Shown here: positions 49,810-59,189 of the stretch, piece by piece
Position numbering within the stretch: position 1 is the stretch's first letter
How the letters are laid out: each line of letters starts with the position of its first letter
DNA from: Candidatus Tayloriibacteriota bacterium
GTDB taxonomy: Bacteria; Patescibacteriota; Minisyncoccia; Phycocordibacterales; PALSA-1337
Direction of reading: 5' to 3'
Length of the DNA: 64,000 bases
NCBI GenBank assembly: GCA_903857825.1
Contig: CAIOGI010000006.1
Span: 25,132 to 89,131 of the forward strand
Notes under the pieces: model-generated
The model's database searches: none
The model's input: only the letters and a program-made list of their open reading frames with translations
What the model was told of the DNA's origin: nothing
Made by a program: the position numbers and the translations under genes

Positions 49810-50391
49810 TTAATTATTTTTAATTATCCAACCCAAAAATTCAAAGTTGCTGGCATAATAATAGCTATTCAAGTTATTGACCAAATTTATCTTACTTTTA
49901 AAATTCCCTTTTGTTAGATAAAATCCATATGACGATGAACCTCCGAAAATAGAAAATATGCCATTATTTGTATTATCATAGTGACTAGAAACGGTAATAC
50001 CATCAGGTGAGGTTAGAAGATTACTCAGGACAAGCGATTGTGCTTCATCTATAGATATTTCCTTGCTTTCATTATTTTTTGTATCATGTAAAAATATTCT
50101 ATCTGAATACTTTTCTTTATAATCTGGCACACCATTTTTATCCAGATCAACATCTTTATCAATAGGTTTTATTATAAGCTTTCCATCATTTACAACATAA
50201 CGGTCCTGTAAATATTTATTACAAGGGAATTGGTAGTAATTTGCACCATCTGTACAAGAAGCATATATAAAATTGTAATTTGTGGAAATAAATAGTGATG
50301 GTAAATATGTTGCCATAGCAACGCAAATAATCAATATCAATGGTAATACAAAAGCTGATAAAACCAAAAAGTTTTTCTTAATAAAATTCAT
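49810..50391 (-). CDS. Membrane-anchored hypothetical protein
   Basis: N-terminal TM, ends FEFLGWI. Confidence 0.7.
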   Translation of the reverse strand: MNFIKKNFLVLSAFVLPLILIICVAMATYLPSLFISTNYNFIYASCTDGANYYQFPCNKYLQDRYVVNDGKLIIKPIDKDVDLDKNGVPDYKEKYSDRIFLHDTKNNESKEISIDEAQSLVLSNLLTSPDGITVSSHYDNTNNGIFSIFGGSSSYGFYLTKGNFKSKINLVNNLNSYYYASNFEFLGWIIKNN

Positions 50392-50426
50392 AATATAAAT
50401 TATAGCACTAATATGGTCAATGTAAT

Positions 50427-51398
50427 CTATTTATTAACAACTCTAACTCCGTCCCTATCAATTTCAAAGGTAATCTCTTTATAATTTAGATTTACAATAT
50501 TATCACCCTCTTTTTTTACTTCTACACACAAACCCATACCTGTCATGGTCTCCCTTGAAAAAAATTGATCAAATGCAAAATTACCTAATGAATAAAAAAT
50601 CTTCTTTCCCTTATATTCTTCAATATCACCTATTACATGCGAATGCGTACCTACTACAGCATCTGCACCACTATCAATAAATTCCTTTGCCCATTTTTTT
50701 TGCTTCTCTGTCGGTGTCTTATCATATTCAATTCCCCAGTGAGGAGTTACTATTAAAATATCAACTTCTGGTCTGAGTTTTTCTATTTCAACGAATACTT
50801 TATCAAAATTCATATAGCTGAATTCATGAAAACCAATTATTCCAACTCGTATTCCATTTTTAACCTTTACTATACTTATTTCATCTTTATTATTTGGATC
50901 ACCATAGTAAAGCATACTAGTACTATCAATATATCTTCTCGTTGACTCTAAACCTTCTATACCAAAATTAGAAGTATGATTATTTGCAAGTCCAAGAATA
51001 TCAAAACCTAGGTCAGTAAGTGAATTTACCAAACTTGGATCAAAAGTAAACTGAAGTGCTTTATTTTTTAAATTTTTTGTTATTGAAGGATTTTTTGTAA
51101 ATGGACCTTCAAGATTTGCAATAGAAATATCAGCATCATTTATTAAATTTCTTACTCCCGCAAAATATGATTCAAATCCTTTTTTATCTATAATATTTGA
51201 AACCTCTCTGTCCAACATCATATCTCCAACGAAAAGAATACTCATTGAATTAATATTAGTATCTGTATAATTCTTTGTATTTGTTAATGAAAATTGATGA
51301 GATATTGAATTGCCAATAATAAATAAAAAGATAAAAAATGTAATGGAAAAACCAAATATCAATAATATTTTTTTACTTTTTATTTTTTCTCCATTCAT
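50427..51398 (-). CDS. CapA (PGA_cap) family metallophosphoesterase
   Basis: FVGDMML, NLEGP, LANNH, PHWGIEY, GTHSHV, YSLGNF. Confidence 0.92.
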   Translation of the reverse strand: MNGEKIKSKKILLIFGFSITFFIFLFIIGNSISHQFSLTNTKNYTDTNINSMSILFVGDMMLDREVSNIIDKKGFESYFAGVRNLINDADISIANLEGPFTKNPSITKNLKNKALQFTFDPSLVNSLTDLGFDILGLANNHTSNFGIEGLESTRRYIDSTSMLYYGDPNNKDEISIVKVKNGIRVGIIGFHEFSYMNFDKVFVEIEKLRPEVDILIVTPHWGIEYDKTPTEKQKKWAKEFIDSGADAVVGTHSHVIGDIEEYKGKKIFYSLGNFAFDQFFSRETMTGMGLCVEVKKEGDNIVNLNYKEITFEIDRDGVRVVNK

Positions 51399-52068
51399 CT
51401 ATTAATTTGTGATTTCCAGAAAGAAGAACTTTCGGCACTCTGTATTTCTTTCCTTTATATTCTAACACTTCTGGCCGAGTATATACATCTGGTGATGCGA
51501 TACGACTTTCCTCAAGTGAACAATGGTCACCCAAGACACCTTCTATTTGACGTGATATCGAATCTATCAAAATCATTGCGGGAAGCTCCCCACCAGTTAA
51601 TACAAATGGCCCAACTGATATTTCATCCATTTTAAATGCGGACTTAACCCGAGCATCTATGCCCTCGTATCGTCCGCAAATAAACACGATATCTGTATAC
51701 TTTATCGCAACATCTTTCGCATAAGTAGTGTCAAACTGTTTTCCAGATGGTGTAAACCAAATAACTTTTACTTTTTTCTGAGGAGTTTTCTTGCCTAGCT
51801 TTTTGCTGGACAGGCCCACAGCTTTTGCAATAGCCTTTATCACAGGCAAAGCTTCTATAACCATGCCAGGTCCTCCGCCATAAGGTTTGTCATCCACTCT
51901 TCTATCAGCATAACTTTGTTCCCCACCTTTTTTAGAAGAAACTGTGAAATCGCGAGGATTGTAGAACTTCACCTTTATTTTTTTATCCTCTTGGGCACGT
52001 TTAAGAATAGACTCGGATAGATATGAGTCGAAGGACTGTGGAAATAGTGAAATGATGTGATATGTCAT
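51373..52068 (-). CDS. trmD: tRNA (guanine-N1)-methyltransferase
   Basis: VDDKPYGGGPGMV, CGRYEGID, VLTGGELPA, LLSGNH. Confidence 0.97.
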   Translation of the reverse strand: MTYHIISLFPQSFDSYLSESILKRAQEDKKIKVKFYNPRDFTVSSKKGGEQSYADRRVDDKPYGGGPGMVIEALPVIKAIAKAVGLSSKKLGKKTPQKKVKVIWFTPSGKQFDTTYAKDVAIKYTDIVFICGRYEGIDARVKSAFKMDEISVGPFVLTGGELPAMILIDSISRQIEGVLGDHCSLEESRIASPDVYTRPEVLEYKGKKYRVPKVLLSGNHKLIDEWRKNKK

Positions 52069-52126
52069 GTGTTTTTATAAACAAAAAAGCGTGGTATTAC
52101 ATTACCACACTTTTTTATAGCTGTAC

Positions 52127-52223
52127 ACAAAATTGGACTCGTCGACTTGCGCTCGGAGGCTCCTCTTTTTTTCGTAAACTCAAAAAAGTAGGACCTCCTC
52201 ACCGTGCCGAGTCTCAATTTTGT
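52127..52223 (-). repeat. Dispersed intergenic hairpin element, copy 4
   Basis: ACAAAATTGGACTCG...CGAGTCTCAATTTTGT; inner stem GGAGG/CCTCC; abuts khpA stop. Confidence 0.9.
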
Positions 52224-52546
52224 TAAATCTTCAAATCTGCCATTGCTTCATCTACTGTCTTTGAAGCCTTCTCAACCATTGGTACTGACTTTAGTCCTCC
52301 TTCTGGCTCATTGATCTTCAAATTCACTCTTGAGTTATTCTTCATTCCAACAACTCTTAGAAGAGTTCTGATGGCCTTTGCAGTGTTTCCTGCTCGACCG
52401 ATAACCTTACCCATATCTGCTGCGTTTACCTCTAATGTCATAAGCACACCCATCTCATCTACTGTTCTCGCTATCTTAACGTCATTTGGATTCTCTACCA
52501 ATGACTTAACTACAAATTCCAAAAACTGCTGGTCCGTATTATTCAT
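52223..52546 (-). CDS. khpA: KH-domain RNA-binding protein KhpA
   Basis: DMGKVIGRAGNTAKAIRTLL; between rpsP and trmD. Confidence 0.9.
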   Translation of the reverse strand: MNNTDQQFLEFVVKSLVENPNDVKIARTVDEMGVLMTLEVNAADMGKVIGRAGNTAKAIRTLLRVVGMKNNSRVNLKINEPEGGLKSVPMVEKASKTVDEAMADLKI

Positions 52547-52643
52547 ATATATTTTCTTATTATCTTATAATCAAACAAATACAGTACATATTGTACCTTG
52601 CTAATGACAAGAGTCAAAATTAGTTTTACACAGTTTGGCATAA

Positions 52644-52745
52644 AGTAAAATGGACTCGCCTGCTTGCGCTCGGAAGCACTTTATTTTTTTACGCTTTCGC
52701 TAGAAAAAATAAAGTCTCCCTCACCGCGTCGAGTCTCATTTTACT
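52644..52745 (-). repeat. Dispersed intergenic hairpin element, copy 5
   Basis: AGTAAAATGGACTCG...CGAGTCTCATTTTACT; overlaps rpsP stop. Confidence 0.9.
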
Positions 52746-53082
52746 AAGCAGCAACTGGAGCATCCGCCTTCTTTTCCTCAGCCTTAGCCTCTTCCTTCTT
52801 TACAGGAGTTCTCTTTGGCAATGCATTAACCTTCTTTCCTTCAATCACCTTCTTGTTTACAAGAAAATTGTGAACTGTATTTGAAAGTTTAGCACCCTTT
52901 GAAATGTGTTCCTTTATTTTAACAATATTAAAGTTTTCTATCTTGTTATCTAAACGTGGATCAAAAGAACCAAGTACTTCTAAATATCTACCACTCTTTG
53001 GTCCATTCTTTGAATCAGTCAAAACAAGACGAAATACGGGTTCGTGCTTTCTTCCTACGCGTTGTAATCGAATCATTAACAT
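52744..53082 (-). CDS. rpsP: 30S ribosomal protein S16
   Basis: MLMIRLQRVGRK...GRYLEVLGSFDP...KGAKLSNTV. Confidence 0.95.
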   Translation of the reverse strand: MLMIRLQRVGRKHEPVFRLVLTDSKNGPKSGRYLEVLGSFDPRLDNKIENFNIVKIKEHISKGAKLSNTVHNFLVNKKVIEGKKVNALPKRTPVKKEEAKAEEKKADAPVAA

Positions 53083-53185
53083 AGGGGCTATACTACCAGA
53101 CCCATTAAAAAAAGGCAATACTCTGGTTGGTTCCTAGTATTTCATGGACTTTAGCCCCATTTTCTGTTATAGTGTATTTTCACAA

Positions 53186-55135
53186 ATGACTCATAAAAAA
53201 CAAAAAACAGGGGCCAATACACTGATTGGAACGATAATGACCAATCGCAAAGGTATGGGCTTTGTTAAAGACCCAAAGAACGATGAAAAGGACATCATGA
53301 TAGACGTCGGGTTTTTAAATACGGCATTAAATGGCGATACGGTGGAAATTAAGATTGGAAAAAAGAATTCTTATGGACAACTTTCTGCAGAGGTCTTACG
53401 TGTTATAGAAAGGGCACGAAATTCATTTGTATGCACAATAGACAGCCGAGAAGGCATTCTAACAGCTTATCCAGATGATAAAAAAGCATATGCTTCTATT
53501 GTACTTTCATCAACTGATAAGGATCGGGTTACTATCGGCGATAAAGTTTTCGTAAAAATGAATGAATGGAAAGATGCGAAACAAAATCCTACAGGAAATA
53601 TAATAAAAGTAATTGGAAAGAAAGGTAATAATAATGTAGAAATGGAAAGTATAGTACTCGAAAGAGGATTTGAAATCGGCTTCCCTTCTGCTGTTGAAAA
53701 TGAGGCATCAGAAATAGAAAAAAACAAAATTAATGATATTAATTCTGAAATTCCAAAACGCAAGGACTTCCGTGGAACTTTGACTTTCACCATTGACCCC
53801 TTTGATGCAAAAGACTTTGATGATGCAATATCGTACAAAAATCTTGGTTCCGGCAAGTATGAAATCGGCGTACATATCGCCGATGTAAGTCATTATGTCA
53901 TAGAGGGTTCAGCTCTGGACAAGGAGGCATTGAAGCGTGGTTGTTCTATATATTTAGTCGACCGAACTATACCCATGCTTCCAGAAGTCCTATCAAATGA
54001 CGTATGTAGTCTTAATCCACATGAAGACAAGCTCACCTTCTCTGCTTGGTTTGTAATGAATGATAGAGGAGAGGTTTTAGAACGAGGCTTTGGGAAAACT
54101 ATTATAAATTCTGATCACAGATTTACTTACGAAAATGCTCAGGAAGTTTTGAATGCCAAATCAGGACAGTATTTTACTGAGCTAAATAAGCTAAATGAAA
54201 TAGCAAAGATTCTGCAAAAAGAAAAGTTCAAAAAAGGTGCAATAGAATTTGAACAAGAAGAAATCAAATTCAAATTAGATGAAAATGGAAAGCCAATAGG
54301 AGTATATAAAAAAGCTCGACTAGATACACACAAACTAGTTGAGGAATACATGCTACTAGCAAATCGTGAAGTTGCTAAACATATTTTTGACTCAATAAAA
54401 AAGAAAGGTAAAAAGGATACGGGTTCAATATACCGAATACACGACATTCCAGATCAAGAAAGAATGCTTGATTTATCAACCTTCGTAAAGGCCCTAGGAT
54501 ACAAATTGAATACGAAAGAAGGTAAAGTTACTGCTCACGATATAAAGTCGCTATTAAAGCAAATTGAGGGCACTACACATGAAGCCTTGATCAGTACTGC
54601 GGTTATAAGGTCAATGCAAAAAGCGGTTTACTCTACGAAGAACATAGGTCACTTCGGCCTAGCTTTTGAATATTACACACACTTCACTTCCCCTATTCGT
54701 CGTTATCCAGATCTGTTGATACAAAGAATTCTTCAGAGACATCTTCACAATGAACCTTTTGGTGATACAGAAATAAATTCATTTCAAAACATTGCAGAGA
54801 AATCTACAGCTAGAGAAATAGACGCAGCTGGAGCAGAAAGAGAATCAAAGAAACTCAAGCAAGTTGAGTACATGTCAGACAAAGTCGGACAAGTCTTTGA
54901 AGGTACTATTTCCGGAGTTACAGAGTGGGGTATGTATGTAGAGGAAAATGAAACTAAGTCCGAAGGAATGATCAAGATCCGAGATATCGGTGATGACTAT
55001 TTTGAATTTGATAAAAAGACTTACTCGATCTTTGGTCAAAAGACAAAGAAAAGATTTACTCTAGGAGATCCTATAAAGTTTAAGGTTGCAGGTGCTGATT
55101 TGGATAAAAAAACACTGGATTTCTTACCAGCTTAG
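53186..55135 (+). CDS. rnr: Ribonuclease R
   Basis: FTIDPFDAKDFDDA, HIADVSHYV, YTHFTSPIRRYPD, C-terminal S1. Confidence 0.95.
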   Translation: MTHKKQKTGANTLIGTIMTNRKGMGFVKDPKNDEKDIMIDVGFLNTALNGDTVEIKIGKKNSYGQLSAEVLRVIERARNSFVCTIDSREGILTAYPDDKKAYASIVLSSTDKDRVTIGDKVFVKMNEWKDAKQNPTGNIIKVIGKKGNNNVEMESIVLERGFEIGFPSAVENEASEIEKNKINDINSEIPKRKDFRGTLTFTIDPFDAKDFDDAISYKNLGSGKYEIGVHIADVSHYVIEGSALDKEALKRGCSIYLVDRTIPMLPEVLSNDVCSLNPHEDKLTFSAWFVMNDRGEVLERGFGKTIINSDHRFTYENAQEVLNAKSGQYFTELNKLNEIAKILQKEKFKKGAIEFEQEEIKFKLDENGKPIGVYKKARLDTHKLVEEYMLLANREVAKHIFDSIKKKGKKDTGSIYRIHDIPDQERMLDLSTFVKALGYKLNTKEGKVTAHDIKSLLKQIEGTTHEALISTAVIRSMQKAVYSTKNIGHFGLAFEYYTHFTSPIRRYPDLLIQRILQRHLHNEPFGDTEINSFQNIAEKSTAREIDAAGAERESKKLKQVEYMSDKVGQVFEGTISGVTEWGMYVEENETKSEGMIKIRDIGDDYFEFDKKTYSIFGQKTKKRFTLGDPIKFKVAGADLDKKTLDFLPA

Positions 55136-55443
55136 TTTCTACTTCTTTCAAATATAACTTTTCCAAATTCATCTATATGCTTTTTTAGTTCAAGATTTGA
55201 AATAACATTATAATCAAGTACGTCTACTTTGTATGCAAATGGTGACGCATTATTTAAAAAGTTCAAAAGACTACCCGCAGTAGTATCTTTCAAATTTCCT
55301 TTTATAGAAATATCAATATCAGATGTACTTTTATAATTACCCATAGCTCTTGAGCCAAATATAGAAGCAGAATCAATATCGGCATAATTACCAATTGCTT
55401 GAGTTATAAAATCCAAATTTTCTTGACTTATCCCAAAATTCAT
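55132..55443 (-). CDS. Minimal nucleotidyltransferase (MNT) antitoxin
   Basis: IFGSRAMG...SDIDI. Confidence 0.9.
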   Translation of the reverse strand: MNFGISQENLDFITQAIGNYADIDSASIFGSRAMGNYKSTSDIDISIKGNLKDTTAGSLLNFLNNASPFAYKVDVLDYNVISNLELKKHIDEFGKVIFERSRN

Positions 55444-55838
55444 AAAGATTTTTTTAAAGAAATATAAAGATCATCAAAGATAGGTGCAAATGATATTCTA
55501 ATCAATTCTTCTGTCTTCTTTGTCATTACATTATCATATAAGTGTGACATTTCATTGCGTCTTTTTAAAGCCTCTAGCCAAACTTCACCATTAATTATCA
55601 TCTTAGCTTGAAAAGCTTCTTGAATGACTTCTCTAGGCAAATTGACTTCCACACCACCAGCTTCTAACTTATCTTTCATTGTTTTCCATGCAAGTTCAAA
55701 GGTAAATTCAAATGATTGAATAAGGCCAGCTCTAAGAAGCTCGTTATTCACTGTGTCTGATTCAAGTGCTTTTTTAAAAAATAAATAAGCATTCTCAAAG
55801 TTAGCAAATCTTTGTTTCCATCTATTTTCATTTTTCAT
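55440..55838 (-). CDS. HEPN toxin (HI0074 / nucleotidyltransferase substrate-binding family)
   Basis: GLIQSFEFTFELAWK, RNEMSHLY; 4-bp overlap with MNT gene. Confidence 0.9.
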   Translation of the reverse strand: MKNENRWKQRFANFENAYLFFKKALESDTVNNELLRAGLIQSFEFTFELAWKTMKDKLEAGGVEVNLPREVIQEAFQAKMIINGEVWLEALKRRNEMSHLYDNVMTKKTEELIRISFAPIFDDLYISLKKSL

Positions 55839-55882
55839 ATTCTAAGTATATATTAATGTTTGAAATAATCAATAAAATCTAT

Positions 55883-58105
55883 CTATTTCGCTACCTGCAC
55901 TGCCTCTTCAAACTGTATAGAAAGTAATTTTGATGCTCCATCTCCACCCATTGTCACTCCATAAAGTACGCCAGCTCGAGACATTGTCTCACGATTGTGA
56001 GTAATAAGGATAAGCTGAGAATAAGTAGAAAGATTCGCTATCATATCGCCATATTTTCTTGAATTTGCCTCATCTAGAGCCGCGTCTGTCTCATCTAAAA
56101 TAATAAATGGAGGTGGGTTAACTTGAGATATAGCAAAAAGTAGGGCAATGGAAGTCAGAGCTCTTTCCCCACCAGAAAGCATCATAAGTCCTTTTACTTT
56201 TTTTCTTGGTAAACTTACATTTATTTCAATACCCTCTTCACCCTCTTCTTCAGTGGCATCAGCTATATCAGCAATATCTGCGTCATCAGACAAAACTGAA
56301 GACAAATCCGTATCAGCCTTCTTTTTTCGTTTCTTTTCTCTAATCACATTCAACCCCGCATTTCCACCACCAAACATAAGTGAAAAATACTGCTGAAACT
56401 GAGCATTTATTTTCAAAATTCCCTCTTTGAATTCAATATCTATACGTGCATCGAGATCAGCTATCATATTATTGAGATTAGTTCTTGAGCTTTCCAGATC
56501 CACAAGTTCTCTTTCTAAAAATGCATCTCTATCCTCAACTTCTTTATATTCCTTCAGAATATCTATGTTATTTCCCGCTCCAGAATCCTCTATTCGAATT
56601 TTTATCTTTTCAATCAACTTAATACGATCATGTTGCTTTATTCTGTCCTCTTCTATAAGAATTAAATCAGCATAGTCAACAGCTTCTCTACCCACTATCA
56701 CATATGCTTCCTGCATCTCTCTTTTGAATGAATCTTCTTCTATAACTAATCTACTCTCAATATTTTTAATACCGTTCAATACACCTCGTACTTCATTTTG
56801 TCTTGCAATTATCCTGAACACATTCTTTTCTGCATCACGATTTGAGTCCTTTTCTCTTTCAATTCTTTGGCGCAGTTCATTGTATTCGAGCGTTCTAGAC
56901 CTCTCTGATTCATCTAGAGTCTTCAAAGTCTTTTCAGATTCATTCTTCTTGTTTTTTAACTCAGCAAGTTCTCTTTCAACTTCTGCTATCAGTGCCGAAT
57001 CTTCCTTGTTTTTGTGTGAAGAAATAAAGCCAAATAACATTTGCTTTATTTCAGCCAAACTTTCTAACAAACTCACCCTGTTTACAACTTCCTCAACATC
57101 CTTCAAATATATCGTCTTGAACTCATCTTTTGTTTGCTTTTCCTTTTCTTTAACGATTGTTCTTTGCCCAGCATAAATCTCTCCGTCAATTTTTCCAGCC
57201 TCACGCATAACTGCATCTTTTTCCATGCGTATCTTATGCAATACACTCTCGAGATTTATAAGCTCATCACTCTTGGCATCGCGATTTTTTGAACCCTCCA
57301 GTATTTTTCTTGCATCCGCTATCTCTATATCTAATCGAGCCAACTCTTCTACCAAGGGTACTTTTTCTACTTCTATTTTTGCCCTTTCAAGTTTTAGATA
57401 TGTTTCTTCTCTTTTTAAATATTCCTTATACAGCTTCCTAAGTTCTTCTCTTAATTCTTGTACTTTTTCAACCTTTTCTACCTGCTTTTTCAAAAACTTT
57501 AAATGTGGAGCGATCTCTCGTCTAAGTGACTCCACAGACTTCATATTTTCCTCGGTCTTCTCTAACTTTCTTTGACTTTCAAGTTTTTTGTATTGATATA
57601 TCTTCAAACCTAGGGCGTCCTCTATCATTTCTCTTCTTTCACGAATATTAGCATTGAGAATTCTGTCAGCCTCTCCTTGAGAAATGATATGGTGTCCAGA
57701 GGCTCCGATATGTGCATGTGCCAGTAATTCTACGATGTCCTTTAAACGCACTGGGGAGCCGTTTATAAAATATTCATTTGAATTGTCACGATGAACAACA
57801 CGCTCCAGTGTAACTTCATCAAAATCAACATTGAGCATTCTTTTTCTATTATCGAAAATCACCTTCACTCCTGCTCTATTTACCCTAGCACCTTCTCCGC
57901 CACCATTAAAAATGAGATCCTCGCCTCGCTTTCCGCGCATAGACTTTATACTTTGTTCACCAAGTACAAAACGAAATGCCTCTGCAACATTTGATTTACC
58001 CGAGCCATTTGGACCAACTATAGATGAGATGGGTGAAGTAAAATTTAAAGTCGCTTTTTTAGCGAATGATTTAAAACCTGAAATCTCGAGTGATTTGAGA
58101 TACAT
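55883..58105 (-). CDS. smc: SMC family ATPase, short, no recognisable hinge domain
   Basis: GFKSF, GPNGSGKSN, ISQG, LSGGE, FIILDETDAALD. Confidence 0.88.
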   Translation of the reverse strand: MYLKSLEISGFKSFAKKATLNFTSPISSIVGPNGSGKSNVAEAFRFVLGEQSIKSMRGKRGEDLIFNGGGEGARVNRAGVKVIFDNRKRMLNVDFDEVTLERVVHRDNSNEYFINGSPVRLKDIVELLAHAHIGASGHHIISQGEADRILNANIRERREMIEDALGLKIYQYKKLESQRKLEKTEENMKSVESLRREIAPHLKFLKKQVEKVEKVQELREELRKLYKEYLKREETYLKLERAKIEVEKVPLVEELARLDIEIADARKILEGSKNRDAKSDELINLESVLHKIRMEKDAVMREAGKIDGEIYAGQRTIVKEKEKQTKDEFKTIYLKDVEEVVNRVSLLESLAEIKQMLFGFISSHKNKEDSALIAEVERELAELKNKKNESEKTLKTLDESERSRTLEYNELRQRIEREKDSNRDAEKNVFRIIARQNEVRGVLNGIKNIESRLVIEEDSFKREMQEAYVIVGREAVDYADLILIEEDRIKQHDRIKLIEKIKIRIEDSGAGNNIDILKEYKEVEDRDAFLERELVDLESSRTNLNNMIADLDARIDIEFKEGILKINAQFQQYFSLMFGGGNAGLNVIREKKRKKKADTDLSSVLSDDADIADIADATEEEGEEGIEINVSLPRKKVKGLMMLSGGERALTSIALLFAISQVNPPPFIILDETDAALDEANSRKYGDMIANLSTYSQLILITHNRETMSRAGVLYGVTMGGDGASKLLSIQFEEAVQVAK

Positions 58106-58179
58106 AGGTATATTTTAGCATATTTTGGCTCTGTGGATATAACTTTGCATATATACTATATGTATGGTATATATAATAC

Positions 58180-58228
58180 ATGGATTGGGGTGTCCCCGAT
58201 CGGCACGAGGTCCCGTAAGGGACTTTTT
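58180..58228 (+). ncRNA. Convergent small RNA at 3' end of DUF3800 gene
   Basis: TATAAT at 58172; GATTGGGG/CCCCGATC hairpin, possible GTGTC/GGCAC pairing, terminator GGTCCC-GTAA-GGGACT plus T-run. Confidence 0.65.
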
Positions 58229-58232
58229 GCAT

Positions 58233-58979
58233 TTATGGAAAAACCTTTAAACCATAACCCTTGAATGATCCTAGATTATTTCTTCTGAATTTCCTCTCAA
58301 CTATGTCATATAGAGGGTAAGGTTCATTTGGATTTATTATATGTCTTGCTACTGGATGTGCACATAGATCTGCTACCTGTAAACCACAATCATTTTCTAT
58401 TTTTCTTCTAAATTCCATTTTCTCAAATCTTTTTTTAAATCTTTCTGGTGTAATATGCTGGCTTCCTTTATCTAATAAACGATTATGTCTTTTTTGTATG
58501 ATTTCATCTTCTACCCTACCTCTTGCCTCTAACATAAGATGTATCACGTCATCTTTACCATTATCTATTTCCATAACTGCTCGTTCAAGTAAGAAAGACA
58601 ATGAAATCTCATATGGATCATCAGCAATCTTTCCATACTTTTCAATAAATTCTTGTTTCTTAATACCAACAGCAATTACAGTAAATTTAGCATTATCAAG
58701 AATAGAATTTAATTGTCTATGAAATCTCGCCTTTATATCTAGATCAAAAAGCTTAGTAAAGATTCCTTCACATTTTCTAATCTCTCGGCTATGTAAAATA
58801 GCATGTTCACTATTGAAAAACTCCTTCTTCATTTTTACAAGCTCAGAACACACTCTCACATATTCAGAACCCTCAAATATACATCCAAGTAAAGTAAAAA
58901 CAGGAAAATTAAGGTTAATTGAGCTTAAACTTGGGTCTCCAGATTCATCTATAAAAAGGTGGTATTGCATATTGTGCAC
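58233..58979 (-). CDS. DUF3800 domain protein (RNase H-like fold)
   Basis: LFIDESGD, LHSREIR, GLQVADL, GLKVFP. Confidence 0.9.
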   Translation of the reverse strand: MHNMQYHLFIDESGDPSLSSINLNFPVFTLLGCIFEGSEYVRVCSELVKMKKEFFNSEHAILHSREIRKCEGIFTKLFDLDIKARFHRQLNSILDNAKFTVIAVGIKKQEFIEKYGKIADDPYEISLSFLLERAVMEIDNGKDDVIHLMLEARGRVEDEIIQKRHNRLLDKGSQHITPERFKKRFEKMEFRRKIENDCGLQVADLCAHPVARHIINPNEPYPLYDIVERKFRRNNLGSFKGYGLKVFP

Positions 58980-59083
58980 ATTCTAGCACACTCTAAATAG
59001 GTTTTTATAACTATCGCAGCAACCTCAATACAAGCCAAAAAGGATAGGTAGCTAATAACATTTAGCACTTGTAGAATTTATGA

Positions 59084-59122
59084 ATCAAACAAAAGTCATT
59101 TATTTCTGTATTTCCAGAATAA
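59084..59122 (+). pseudogene. C-terminal remnant of a paralog of the 22899-23321 gene
   Basis: IKQKSFISVFPE* versus REKSLISIFP; same position relative to family-2 sRNA; only 12 codons. Confidence 0.5.
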
Positions 59123-59130
59123 TAGATGCA

Positions 59131-59189
59131 AAAAGAAAAAGCCCAGACCTCCTTGTGGTGTATGAACCACGGTCTTAAGACCTTTTCAT
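59131..59189 (-). ncRNA. Convergent sRNA family 2, copy 2
   Basis: TTGACT-16-TAATAT at 59223-59196; shares TATATAGTAATGAAA and CCGTGGTTYATACACCACA with 22833-22877. Confidence 0.72.

Noticed and set aside
55132-55838. HEPN-MNT pair as a novel system
   Set aside because: Well-known toxin-antitoxin family; useful only as a contrast lacking a convergent RNA.
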